From: an uncultured Actinomycetes bacterium
GTDB taxonomy: Bacteria > Actinomycetota > Actinomycetes > S36-B12
Direction: 5' to 3'
NCBI GenBank assembly: GCA_963755335.1
Contig: CAVWJW010000003.1
Span: 68,010 to 132,009 of the forward strand
Length of the DNA: 64,000 nt
Positions 44,395 to 54,382 of this stretch are shown piece after piece. The notes below the pieces were generated by a model. That model saw only the letters and a program-made list of their open reading frames with translations. It ran no database searches and was not told the DNA's origin. Position numbers and translations under genes: made by a program. Numbering within the stretch: the first letter of the stretch is position 1; each line of letters opens with the position of its first letter.

Positions 44395-44452
44395 CGAGTG
44401 GGGAGTAGGCGGGCGTTCTGGGCGTTCTAAATGCCCGCCAACTCACCGTTCG
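44395..44452. repeat. 58-bp imperfect palindrome, copy L
   Basis: CGAGTGGGGAGTAGGCGGGCG...TGCCCGCCAACTCACCGTTCG; contains the stop codon of the DUF559 gene. Confidence 0.85.
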
Positions 44453-45351
44453 GCGTGCGATCGTGACTGCGCGAGGGCCTCGGCGACCATGTGGGCGATC
44501 AGCCACGGCCGTGTCAGGTCCGCCGAAGTGAAGGTGATCACCCGCCAGCCGCTGGCCTGCAGCAGATTGCGGCGCTCGGCGTCCCGAAGGCGCTGCTGAT
44601 TCTCCAGGTGCACGATGCCGTCATACTCGACGATCACCCGGGCATCGGGCCAGGCGAGGTCGACGCGGGCGATCCACCTTCCGTCGACGACCACGTTGAG
44701 GTTGCACTGCGGGCGTGGAATCCCAGCCAGGACCAAGTGGGCCCGGGCCAGCGATTCGCCGGGCGACTCGGAGCCGAGGTCGAGCAGTGGCAGGGCCAGA
44801 CGGGCATAACGCACCCCGCGACGCCCCGCGGCCCAGTGAGTGACCCCAGCCAATTCCGCCGGCGTGCTGAGACCGTTTCGCAGGGCCGCGTCGCCCATCG
44901 CGATCAGGTGCTCGACGGGAATGAGTGGCGCGCAGTCGAGCCAGGTGCGCGCCGGGGTGGTCACTCGCTGGCCGAGGTGCTCGGTGACGTGGTCCTCGGG
45001 CAGGCGAACGCGGCGGCCCCGCACGCCCGACCGTTGAGGTCGATTCCCGGAGGCCGGCACGGCGACGGCGACGGGGCGCTTCGCTGTGCCAAGAGCGACC
45101 CACGCAGGCAGTGGCAGGTCCCACCAGGCGGCAGCGTCGGTGTCGGTCAGCACGGCCTGCTCGGGTGCGGCCAGGAGTGCTGCCTCCCGTCGGGCAGTCG
45201 GGTCGTCAGCGAGGTCACGCGGGATCCGGACTCCCCTGGACGGCGCGGTGAAGCGCTGCGATCGGGCTTGGTCGGCTGTCAGCCCGGCTCCGCCCTGACG
45301 GGTGACGAGGAAGGGGCCAGTGGGCAGCGGAGCGGGGGAGGGACTCGACAC
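44443..45351 (-). CDS. AbiEi-like + DUF559 (Vsr-like endonuclease) protein
   Basis: VTTPART.LD, SESPGES..R, ARVDLAW, VEYDG..H, RD..R.N.L...GWRV..FT. Confidence 0.88.
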   Translation of the reverse strand: MSSPSPAPLPTGPFLVTRQGGAGLTADQARSQRFTAPSRGVRIPRDLADDPTARREAALLAAPEQAVLTDTDAAAWWDLPLPAWVALGTAKRPVAVAVPASGNRPQRSGVRGRRVRLPEDHVTEHLGQRVTTPARTWLDCAPLIPVEHLIAMGDAALRNGLSTPAELAGVTHWAAGRRGVRYARLALPLLDLGSESPGESLARAHLVLAGIPRPQCNLNVVVDGRWIARVDLAWPDARVIVEYDGIVHLENQQRLRDAERRNLLQASGWRVITFTSADLTRPWLIAHMVAEALAQSRSHAER

Positions 45352-45454
45352 GGGCCCATTGACGGGCCAGCGCGGTCGTCAGTGCGGGTTGCGAGCCTGT
45401 CGGTGGACGGCGGCCCACAGCGGGTCGACCCGGTGCACAGGCTCGCTCAAGCCC

Positions 45455-45514
45455 CCGAGTGGTGAGTTGGCGGGCGTTTCCGGGTACCTGAGCGCCCGCC
45501 AACTCACCACTCGG
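45455..45514. repeat. Perfect palindrome, copy R (22-bp arms, 16-nt spacer)
   Basis: CCGAGTGGTGAGTTGGCGGGCG (45455-45476) / CGCCCGCCAACTCACCACTCGG (45493-45514). Confidence 0.92.
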
Positions 45515-45531
45515 CGGGAAGGGGAGGGGGG

Positions 45532-48081
45532 TCAGGCGTCCTTGGCGCGGGCGGCCAGGGCCCGCACGATGGAGTCGCGGCCCTCCACGATGATCCGGCG
45601 CAGGGCCGAGTTCAGGTCCCCGGCCAGGAAGGCGTCGGTCGCGTCGAGGGTCGCCTGCTCCACGAACAGGAAGGGATACAGCGCGGTGGCCAGGCTCTGG
45701 CCGATCTGCTGCGTGCGACCCGACCACACGGACTCCAGCTCGGCGAAGTAGCGGGCGACGTAGGGCCGCAGCAGGTCGAGCTGGTCGGCCTGGACGAAGC
45801 CGCCTGCGGTGGAGTCCATGATCGCGTTCGGTAGGTCGGTGCGCTCCATGAGGTCGGCCCACGCGAGGTCCTTGGCGACCGCGGTCGGGCGTGCGGCCCG
45901 GGCGTAGGCGGCCTGACGGCGACCGGTGGCGGTGTCGTCCGCGGTGAGCTCGGCCTCGATCGCATCGTCGTCGAGGCGGTCCCGGGCGACCAGACGCTGC
46001 AGGAGGGTCCACCGCAGGTCGGTGTCGACCTTGAGGCCTGGCCACACGGTGTCGCCGGACAGCAGGCCGTCCACGACATCGAGCTGCGCGTCGGTCTGGG
46101 CGCAGCCGACGAAGGCGCGGCTGAAGGCCAGCTGGTGGTCGCTCTCCGGTGCGGCGGCGACGGCGAGGTCGTGCAGTGTTGCCGCAAGCCGCTCGAGGTA
46201 CTCGGGGCGGTGCTCCGCAGTCGCGAACTGGTCGATCGCGGCCCTCAGCTGACGCAGGACGGTCTGCACGACGCCGACGTCGGGCTCCTTGCCGATGCTG
46301 GACGCGACCAGGTCGAGGAACTGGCCGGTGGAGACCTCGGCATCGCGTGTCATGTCCCACGCGGCGCTCCAGATCAGGGCGCGGGCAAGAGAGTCGTCGA
46401 GATCGCCGAGATGCTCGACGGCGGTCTTCCACGACCGCTCGTCGAGGCGGACCTTGGCGAAGGTGAGGTCACCGTCATTGAGCAGCAGCAGGTCCGGCTG
46501 GATGACGTTGCGCAGCTGGGGCACCGGCGTCGACGCACCGGTGATGTCGACCTCGAGACGCTCGCGTAGGACGAGGCGGCCCTTCTTGAGGTCGTACAGG
46601 CCGATGCCTATGCGGTGGGAGCGAAGGGTGGGGGCGATGCCCTCGGGCAGCGCCGGCGGCTCCTGCTCGATGACGACCTCCGTCATCATCTGGTACGCGC
46701 CGAGCTTGATGGCCGGACGCAGCAGATTGACGCCGCTGGTCTGCAGCCACTGGACCGTCCACTCGCCGAGATCGCGACCGCTGGTGGCCTCGAGCTCGAC
46801 CAGGAGGTCGGTCAACTGGGTGTTACCCCACGCGTGCTTGGCGAAGTAGTTGCGCACGCCGGCAACGAAGTAGTCCTCGCCGACCCAAGCCACGAGCTGA
46901 CGAAGCGCGGAGGCGCCCTTCGCGTACGTGATGCCGTCGAAGTTCACGCGGACCGCGTCGAGGTCGACCATGTCCGCGGCGATCGGGTGGGTCGACGGCA
47001 GCTGGTCCTGCCGGTAGGCCCAGTTCTTGCGCTGGTTGGCGAAGGTCGTCCACGCATCGGTGTAGCGGGTCGCGGCGACGTTGGCCCAGTGCGACGCCCA
47101 TTCGGCGAATGACTCGTTCAGCCAGAGGTCGTCCCACCACGTCATCGTCACCAGGTCGCCGAACCACATGTGCGCGAGCTCGTGCAGGATCGTGTTCGAG
47201 CGCTGCTCGTAGGCGGCGTCGGTGACGTGCGAGCGGAACACGTAGTCCTCGGCGATCGTCACGCAGCCGGCGTTCTCCATGGCGCCCGCGTTGAACTCCG
47301 GCACGAAGATCTGGTCGTACTTCTCGAAGGGGTAGGCGACCTCGAACTGCTCCTCGAAGAAGGCGAAGCCCTGCTTGGTGACCGTGAGGATCTCGTCCGC
47401 GTCGAGGAACTCGGCCATCGACTCGCGGCAGTAGACGTCGAGCGGGTAGGTGCCGTACCTGCCGGTGTACGAGTCGGCGACCCGGTGGTAGGCGCCGGCC
47501 ACCAGCGCCGCGATGTACGTGGAGATGCGCGGCGTCGGGGCGAACGCCCACGTGGCCGTTCCGTCACCGTGGTTGGTCGGCTCGGGGGAAGGGGAGTTGC
47601 TGACGACCTTCCAGTGCGACGGTCCGGTGACGGTCAGCTGCCAGGTGGCCTTCAGGTCGGGCTGCTCGAAGCTGGCGAACACCCGGCGCGAGTCGGCCGT
47701 CTCGAACTGGGTGTAGAGGTACGTCTCCTTGTCGACGGGGTCGATCAGCCGGTGCAGGCCCTCGCCGGTGTTCATGTAGGCGGCGTCAGCGACCACGACG
47801 AGGGTGTTGTCGGCCGCGAGGCCCGGGAGGGTGATCCGGTCGTCGGCGAACGCGTCGGGCCCGAGCTCGACTCCGTTGAGCACCACGGAGTCCACCCGAG
47901 CGGCGATGAGGTCGATCCACGTCGACGCTCCTGCCTCGCGGCAGGTGAAGCGGACGGTGGTCGTGCTCCGGAAGGTCTCGCCGGTCGAGGTGAGGTCGAG
48001 ATCGACCTCGTAGGAGTCGACCGAGATGAGGGCGGAGCGCGCCTGAGCCTCGGCGCGGGTGATGTTGTCGGTGTTCGCCAT
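45532..48081 (-). CDS. pepN: Aminopeptidase N (M1)
   Basis: GAMEN, HELAHMWFGD...WLNESFA, FDGITYAKGA. Confidence 0.96.
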   Translation of the reverse strand: MANTDNITRAEAQARSALISVDSYEVDLDLTSTGETFRSTTTVRFTCREAGASTWIDLIAARVDSVVLNGVELGPDAFADDRITLPGLAADNTLVVVADAAYMNTGEGLHRLIDPVDKETYLYTQFETADSRRVFASFEQPDLKATWQLTVTGPSHWKVVSNSPSPEPTNHGDGTATWAFAPTPRISTYIAALVAGAYHRVADSYTGRYGTYPLDVYCRESMAEFLDADEILTVTKQGFAFFEEQFEVAYPFEKYDQIFVPEFNAGAMENAGCVTIAEDYVFRSHVTDAAYEQRSNTILHELAHMWFGDLVTMTWWDDLWLNESFAEWASHWANVAATRYTDAWTTFANQRKNWAYRQDQLPSTHPIAADMVDLDAVRVNFDGITYAKGASALRQLVAWVGEDYFVAGVRNYFAKHAWGNTQLTDLLVELEATSGRDLGEWTVQWLQTSGVNLLRPAIKLGAYQMMTEVVIEQEPPALPEGIAPTLRSHRIGIGLYDLKKGRLVLRERLEVDITGASTPVPQLRNVIQPDLLLLNDGDLTFAKVRLDERSWKTAVEHLGDLDDSLARALIWSAAWDMTRDAEVSTGQFLDLVASSIGKEPDVGVVQTVLRQLRAAIDQFATAEHRPEYLERLAATLHDLAVAAAPESDHQLAFSRAFVGCAQTDAQLDVVDGLLSGDTVWPGLKVDTDLRWTLLQRLVARDRLDDDAIEAELTADDTATGRRQAAYARAARPTAVAKDLAWADLMERTDLPNAIMDSTAGGFVQADQLDLLRPYVARYFAELESVWSGRTQQIGQSLATALYPFLFVEQATLDATDAFLAGDLNSALRRIIVEGRDSIVRALAARAKDA

Positions 48082-48114
48082 CCCCGAATCCAACCATTAG
48101 GCCGCGAAGTCGGC

Positions 48115-48793
48115 TCAGACGGCGACGAACGGCGGTCGCCGGGCACCCGGGGGCAGCGTCGTCGCGGTGCCAGAACGCCAGCGTTCGGCGGTCCACAAGC
48201 AGGCGAGCGCATCGAGGGCGTCGTCGACGGGGACGTCCTGCGGGCGCCTCGGCCAGGACGGCGTCGACATGGGGCAGCCACGTCCGCAAGGCGCCGATCC
48301 GCTGGCCCACCCCCGCGGCGGTCTTCTTGCTCGCCAGCGGCCGGCCGCCGCCCATGCGGGCGAGCGAGAGCTCCGGATGCGCCTCCACGACGGTGCGGCC
48401 GCGCGCGCCGTCGAGGAAGGCGTCGAGGGCGAGCACCCGGGTCGCCAGGCCGAGGGCCTGCCGGCTGACGCCCTTGCCCATGAGCTCGACACTCAGGCGC
48501 TGGACCTCGTCGTTGGGCGCCGACAGCCCAAGCTCGAGCACCCGGCGCGGCGGCGTCATGAAGACCCGCGCGGCGGCCCCGGGCAGCGCGGCGCGCGCGA
48601 GGACGTCGCACTCGCGTTCGCCCTCGCTGAGCAGCCCGATCGGCATGTCGATGGCGACGATCGCCGACGCCGGCAGCAGGGTGCCGATGTCCGCCACGAC
48701 AGCCGTGGACCAGCTGAACGTCGTCGCGGCGCGGGTGACGGCCACCCACCCGCGGGGGTAGCCGTCGATGCCGACGAGGTCTCCGGTGGACAC
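48115..48793 (-). CDS. DUF429 predicted RNase H-like nuclease, frameshift near 48245
   Basis: VGIDG...GW, IDMPIGL, D..AR, EAHPE, K.T..G...R, DD.LDA.AC.WTA. Confidence 0.85.
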
Positions 48794-48901
48794 GCTCCGA
48801 AGCCTCTCAGGGTCGCAGGGGATCAGCCCATCGGTATCCACTCGGTATCCACGCCGGTGCTTGATGGCCAGCCACGCTGCCTCGATAGTAAGGGCGTTCG
48901 A

Positions 48902-49040
48902 CATCGAGGCCGAGCGGTGCACAATCCCCCGTAGCGCTCGTTCCCGATGCTTAGGTCGCACGGCGCTCTCCCCGTGAGTGCCGCGACCAGGAACAGACGG
49001 CGCGGAGGCTGTCAAACCCCCGTAGGCAGCCTCCGCGCCG
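48902..49040 (+). ncRNA. Candidate 6C-like sRNA with three C-rich-loop hairpins
   Basis: Stems 48902-48949, 48954-48988, 48998-49040 with loops ACAAUCCCCC, UCCCCGU, AAACCCCCGUA; intergenic. Confidence 0.6.
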
Positions 49041-49099
49041 AACCCTCCCTAAACTTCGGCCGTGATGGCCTTCGCGCAGTCGGACTGCTGAGCGCCTCC

Positions 49100-49909
49100 G
49101 TGCCCGAGGGGAACGTCATCCACCACCAGGCCCGCCGCCTGGGCCGGGCGTTCAGCCGTCACACCGTCCACGTCGACAGCCCGCAGGGCCGGTTCGCGGC
49201 GGGCGCCGCGCAGGTCGACGGGCAGGTGGTGCGCCGGGTCGAGGCGCATGGCAAGCACCTGTTCATCGGGTTCGCCAACCACCGGTGGATCCACGTCCAC
49301 CTCGGCCTGTTCGGCAAGTGGCGCATCGGTCGCGGCGAGGCACCCGACGTGGTCGGCGAGGTCCGGCTCCGGCTGATGACGGACGAGGCCTACGCCGAGC
49401 TGCGCGGGCCGACCGTCTGCGAGGTGCTGACGGACGACGAGCGCAAGGCGGCCATCACGCGGATCGGCCCCGACCCCATCCGGACCGGCTCCGATCCCGA
49501 GCGTGCCTGGTCGCGGGTCGAGCGGAGCAGCGCACCCATCGCGGCCGTTCTCATGGACCAGAAGGCGTTCGCCGGCGTCGGCAACATCTATCGCGCCGAG
49601 GTGCTGTTCCGCCACGGCATCAACCCCTATCGGGCTGCCCGCGACGTGCCGCGGGAGGAGTTCGACGGGATCTGGTCGGACCTCGTGACGCTGATGAAGA
49701 AGGGCACGCGGCGCGGGCGCATCGACACCGTGCGCGACGAGCACCTGCCCGAGGTGATGGGACGGGCCCCGCGCGAGGATCGCCACGGCGGCGAGGTCTA
49801 CGTGTACCGACGCGACGGCCGGCCGTGCCACCTGTGCGGAACCGAGATCCGCATGGCCGACCTGCAGGGTCGCAAGCTCTACTGGTGCCCTGCCTGCCAG
49901 CGCGCATAG
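49100..49909 (+). CDS. nei: Fpg/Nei DNA glycosylase
   Basis: N-terminal PEG, GKHLF, HLGL.G, AGVGNIYR.E, CxxC...CxxC zinc finger. Confidence 0.93.
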   Translation: MPEGNVIHHQARRLGRAFSRHTVHVDSPQGRFAAGAAQVDGQVVRRVEAHGKHLFIGFANHRWIHVHLGLFGKWRIGRGEAPDVVGEVRLRLMTDEAYAELRGPTVCEVLTDDERKAAITRIGPDPIRTGSDPERAWSRVERSSAPIAAVLMDQKAFAGVGNIYRAEVLFRHGINPYRAARDVPREEFDGIWSDLVTLMKKGTRRGRIDTVRDEHLPEVMGRAPREDRHGGEVYVYRRDGRPCHLCGTEIRMADLQGRKLYWCPACQRA

Positions 49910-49941
49910 GCGGGCCGCAGGCCAATCGCTACGGTCGGCGT

Positions 49942-50760
49942 ATGGCCGATCCCGATGCACCGCAGCCGACCGTCGATGACCTTGCCTCCCGGTGGGCGGG
50001 CGACCTCGCGTCGTGGGCCATTCCCGACGAGATCCTGAGCCAGGCCGACGAGCCGCCGTGGATCCATCCCGTGGCGATGTTCACGGTCGACGAGGTCGTC
50101 GACGATTCGCCCTCGCATCAGCGGGCCCGCGAGGCCGTGCCGCATGACGGCAGCGTGCTCGACGTCGGCAGCGGCGGCGGTCGGGCGGCGATGGCCCTCG
50201 TGCCGCCGGCGACGATGCTCGTCGGCGTCGACCACCAGCAGGGCATGCTCGACGCCTTCGCCGATGCCGCGCTGCGGCGCGGAGTCCGCTCGCACACGAT
50301 CCTCGGCGACTGGCCGGCCGTCGCCGACGAGGCTCCCGAGTGCGACGTCGTGGTCTGCCACCACGTGGCCTACAACGTCAGCGACATCCGGCCCTTCCTC
50401 GAGGCACTGGACGCCCGCGCGCGGGTGCGCGTCGTCATCGAGTTGCCCACGAGGCACCCGCTGTCGCACCTCAACCCCATGTGGAAGCAGTTCTGGGGAA
50501 TCGACCGGCCGACCCGTCCGACGTCAGACGACCTCCTCGCGATCGCCCGCGGCCTTGGCTTCGACGCCCAGATGACGGTCTGGCACGACGACGCCTGGGG
50601 CAGGAGGGTGGCCCTGCCCGACGCGGAGCGGGTCCGCTTCGCCCGCATCCGGCTGTGCCTGCACGAGGATCGCGACGCCGAGGTGGCCGCGGCCCTTATC
50701 GAGGAGGGCGACTCCCAGCCGCGCGAGGTGGCGACCATCTGGTGGGACGTCGACCACTGA
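49942..50760 (+). CDS. Class I SAM-dependent methyltransferase
   Basis: VLDVGSGGG, DVVVCHHV.YN. Confidence 0.85.
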   Translation: MADPDAPQPTVDDLASRWAGDLASWAIPDEILSQADEPPWIHPVAMFTVDEVVDDSPSHQRAREAVPHDGSVLDVGSGGGRAAMALVPPATMLVGVDHQQGMLDAFADAALRRGVRSHTILGDWPAVADEAPECDVVVCHHVAYNVSDIRPFLEALDARARVRVVIELPTRHPLSHLNPMWKQFWGIDRPTRPTSDDLLAIARGLGFDAQMTVWHDDAWGRRVALPDAERVRFARIRLCLHEDRDAEVAAALIEEGDSQPREVATIWWDVDH

Positions 50761-50776
50761 CCGGCAGGATGGGGCG

Positions 50777-51992
50777 GTGACCTACGACGTCGATCGCATC
50801 CGCGCCCGCATCCCCGCCCTTGCCGACGGCACGGCCTACTTCGACGGCCCGGGAGGCACCCAGACCCCCGACGTCGTCGCGCAGGCCATCGCCGAGGCGC
50901 TCACGGGCGGGCTGAGCAACCGGTCCCGCGTGACGCAGGCCGAGCGCAACGCCGACGACATCACGATCGCCGCTCGCCTGGCCGGGGCGGACCTCGTCAA
51001 CGCCGATCCCGGCGGCATCGTCTTCGGACGCAGCATGACCGAGCTGACGTTCCAGGTCGCGCGCACGCTCGCGCAGGGCTGGGGCCCGGGCGACGAGATC
51101 GTCGTCACGCGACTGGATCACGACGGCAACGTGCGGCCGTGGGTCACCTACGCCGAGCGCACGGGTGCGACGCTGCGCTGGGCCGAGTTCGATCCACGCA
51201 CCGGGACGCTCACCGTCGACGACGTGCTCAAGCTCGTCAACGACGACACCAGGCTGGTCGCGGTCAGCGGCGCGTCCAACCTGCTCGGCACCCGGCCCGA
51301 CGTCGCCGCGATCGGTGCCGCCCTCGGCGACAGCGACGCGCTGTTCTACGTCGACGGGGTGCATCTCACGGCACACGCACCCATCGACATGCAGGACATC
51401 GGCGCGGACTTCTACGTCTGCAGCCCGTACAAGTTCCTCGGCCCGCACCTCGGCATGCTGGCCGCGTCGCCGGCCCTCCTCGAGACGCTGCATCCCGACA
51501 AGCTGAAGCCGGCCACGCGAGCAGGTGCCCGAGCGCTTCGAGCTCGGCACGCTGCCGTACGAGCTGCTCGCCGGCGTCACCGCGGCCGTCGACGTCCTGG
51601 CCGACCTCGTGCCCGGCGACGAGACCCAGCTGTCCCGCCGGGAGCGTCTCGTCCGGTCGATGTCGACGCTCGAGGCGTACGAGGACGAGCTGCACGAGCG
51701 CATGCGCACCGGGCTCGAGGCGATCGACGGCGTGCACTGCTACGGGCACGCATCGCTGCGCACGCCGACCGAGCTGTTCTCCGTCAACGACGTCGAGTCG
51801 CCGGAGGTGTACCGACGGCTGGCCGAGCGCGGCGTCAACGCCCCGGCGGGTTCCTTCTACGCCCTCGAGGCGTCGGAGTGGATCGGCCTGGGTGCCGGCG
51901 GTGCGGTGCGCGCGGGCCTCGCGCCGTACACCAGCGCCGACGACGTCGACCGGCTGCTCGCCGGGGTGGCCGAGATCGCGGCGGGGCAGTAG
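50777..51992 (+). CDS. Cysteine desulfurase-like class V aminotransferase, frameshift near 51515-51525
   Basis: YFDGPGGTQ, TRLDHD.N..PW, ASN.LGT, VDGVH, CSPYKF.GPH; then PERFELGT. Confidence 0.9.
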
Positions 51993-52030
51993 CGGAACGG
52001 GCTAACGGAAAGGCGCGGCCGGACGCTGGT

Positions 52031-52720
52031 TCAGGCGTCGCCCACCCACGGTGCGTCAGTCGTGGTTGCGGTCGGGCGCTCCGGGGCAGCCACGTCTGAC
52101 GCAGTGCCGACGAGTTCGTCGGCCCACGCGCCGTGCTCGCGCTCGGCCCAGCGCAGCGGCACGGATCCGGTGCGCATGCCGCGCCGCGCCGAGGCGTCGT
52201 TGAACGCCATGTAGATGTGCCCGCAGACGACGACGAGGACGGCGAGCGCCAGCCAGTCGTGGACGAAGGTCGCGCCGGTGCGCAGAGCGTCGGGGAAGTG
52301 GTTGCTGAAGAACATCATCGTGCCGGTCAGGAGCATGACGATGATGGCGCCGAGTGAGAACGCGGCATTGAGCTTCTGGCCGGCGTTGAACTTGCCGACG
52401 CGGATGCGACCGGAGCGCCGGTCGCGCGAGCGCAGCCATTCCCAGTCCGACGGCCGGAAGCGGTTGAGGCGGCCGGTGTCCTCACGGAACGCGCGGGACA
52501 GCAGCGCCAGGATCAGCGCGACGGGGAGAGCGAAGCCCGCGATCTCGTGGATCAGTCGAACGATCTGCCGGTTGCCGACCAGGCCCCCGAGGTCCGGCAC
52601 GTACAGCAGGGCCGCGGTCACGAGGAGCACGCCCATCAGCACGGCGATGGAGCGGTGGATCCAGCGTTCGCCCGTCGTGAATCGCGGGAGGGACGTGGAG
52701 GGGTCAGACGACGGGGGCAT
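52031..52720 (-). CDS. Di-heme cytochrome b (FdnI-like) membrane subunit
   Basis: RF...ERWIH, IHE..G, KFNAGQK, VHD, GHIYMA, GM.TG.V...WA..EH. Confidence 0.85.
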   Translation of the reverse strand: MPPSSDPSTSLPRFTTGERWIHRSIAVLMGVLLVTAALLYVPDLGGLVGNRQIVRLIHEIAGFALPVALILALLSRAFREDTGRLNRFRPSDWEWLRSRDRRSGRIRVGKFNAGQKLNAAFSLGAIIVMLLTGTMMFFSNHFPDALRTGATFVHDWLALAVLVVVCGHIYMAFNDASARRGMRTGSVPLRWAEREHGAWADELVGTASDVAAPERPTATTTDAPWVGDA

Positions 52721-53414
52721 CGCTGCGTCCGTTCGACCGTCCGACCCAGGCGTCGACGTCGTAGCCGCGCTCCTCCCAGTAGCCGGGGATCACCTTGTTC
52801 GTGGCCTCGATGCCGTTCAGCCACTTGATCGACTTGTAGCCGTACATCGGCGCGACGAGCATCCGCACGGGTGCGCCGTGCTCGTTCTCGATCGGCTTGC
52901 CGAACATCGACGTGGCGACGAGCACGCCGGGCTGGCGCGCCTGCTCCATGGTCAGCGACTCGGTGTACTCGCCGTCGAAGGATGTGAAGTGGATCGCGGT
53001 CGCGCCGGCTTCGACACCGGCGGCGTCGAGCAGGTCGCTGAGCAGGACGCCGGACCACGGCACGTCCGCCACCCGCCAGCCGGTCACGCACTGGAAGTCC
53101 TTGGTCAGCGAGGTCTGGGGGAGCGCAGCGAGGTCGGCGAGGCTGAGCGACTGCTCCTTGGCCACCAGGCCCGTGACGCTCAGCCGGTAGGTGGCGAGGT
53201 CGACGTCGGGGTAGCCGTACGTGACGGTGTAGATGCGGAAGCCGCCGGCGGCTGGAATGACATTGGCGAGCGCAGGTGCTGTCGATGCGACGACCTCGCT
53301 GACTCCCTGCGACAGCCAGCGGCCGATGGCCACTCCGACCGCGCCCAGCCCGATCATCCCCAGGACGACGCGGCGCCCGACGGGGGTGCCCTTCTCCTGG
53401 GTGGGGGTGCTCAC
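52704..53414 (-). CDS. Molybdopterin oxidoreductase, sulfite oxidase family
   Basis: RRVVLG Tat-like signal, DFQCVTGW, HGAPVR, YGYKSIKWL, GYWEERGY. Confidence 0.9.
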   Translation of the reverse strand: MSTPTQEKGTPVGRRVVLGMIGLGAVGVAIGRWLSQGVSEVVASTAPALANVIPAAGGFRIYTVTYGYPDVDLATYRLSVTGLVAKEQSLSLADLAALPQTSLTKDFQCVTGWRVADVPWSGVLLSDLLDAAGVEAGATAIHFTSFDGEYTESLTMEQARQPGVLVATSMFGKPIENEHGAPVRMLVAPMYGYKSIKWLNGIEATNKVIPGYWEERGYDVDAWVGRSNGRSDAPVV

Positions 53415-53481
53415 CCGCCTATGGGAACACACATTCCGGGGACCGGCCAGACATGAACGGGCGCACCCGCACGAACGATTG

Positions 53482-54382
53482 TCAGCGTGGTGGCTCGCTG
53501 CGGGGCGGGGCGACCGTCCCGGTGAAGTGCGCGGCGACCGCGGCACACCCGTCGATGCCCTCGGCACCGGTCGAGCCCAGCGCGAAGCCGCGGCGGTACA
53601 TCGTCAGGCGGGCGTTCGGCCCGCCGTGGGCGATGATCTCGGTCTCCTTGGGGAAGACGAAGTTCGGTTTCATGTCCGACAGGTCGCCGCCCAGCTCCGC
53701 GAGCGTCGCCAGCCCTGCCCAGCGGATGAAGGGGGTGTCGCGCCATGTGCCCGTGACCGCGGCGCGGCCCTGCACCCAGCCGGCCATGCAGTCTGCGGAC
53801 AGTTCGAAGGCGGACCGGTACCGGTCGGCCATGCGGCTGGTGCCCTGGCCCTTCACGAAGTAGTAGTCGTCCTGGCCGCTCGCGTACTGCACCCAGTGGC
53901 CGAGCTCGTGGGCGAACTCGGTGGCGGCCCCCTGGTTCGGATGACCCTTCAGCAGCCGCTTCTGGGTGCGGTGCACGCGACGGGCGTCGGAGGCCAGCAC
54001 GCCCTGCTGCCGTGCCGCGCGGGCGTACTCGCGCGTCCAGTAGGGCGAGGCCGGCGCGCTGACGTAGACGGTGGAGTTCACGTCGCACCAGAACGAGGCG
54101 ACCGCGACGTCGCCGAGGGTGGCGTCGAAGCACGGGTTGATCGGCACGCCGGTGAAGATGCTGATGCGCGGGGCTGTGGCGGACGCACCACGGCCGACCA
54201 GCTGCGGCGCCCACAGCGCCGTGTAGACCGTCGCGGCTGTGGCCACGCACGCGCGGAACGAGGACGGCGTGCGGGTGCCCGAGCACGCGGCCGGGGGCGC
54301 GGCCACGGCGGACGGGGCCACGGCGGCGATGCCCAACGACGCCAGCACCGCGCTGGCTAACAGCGGTCGCGATGCGCCTCAC
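53482..54382 (-). CDS. Secreted neutral zinc metallopeptidase (YpfJ-like), indel in signal peptide near 54360
   Basis: [20 protein letters not shown]...R...GF..G. Confidence 0.8.
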
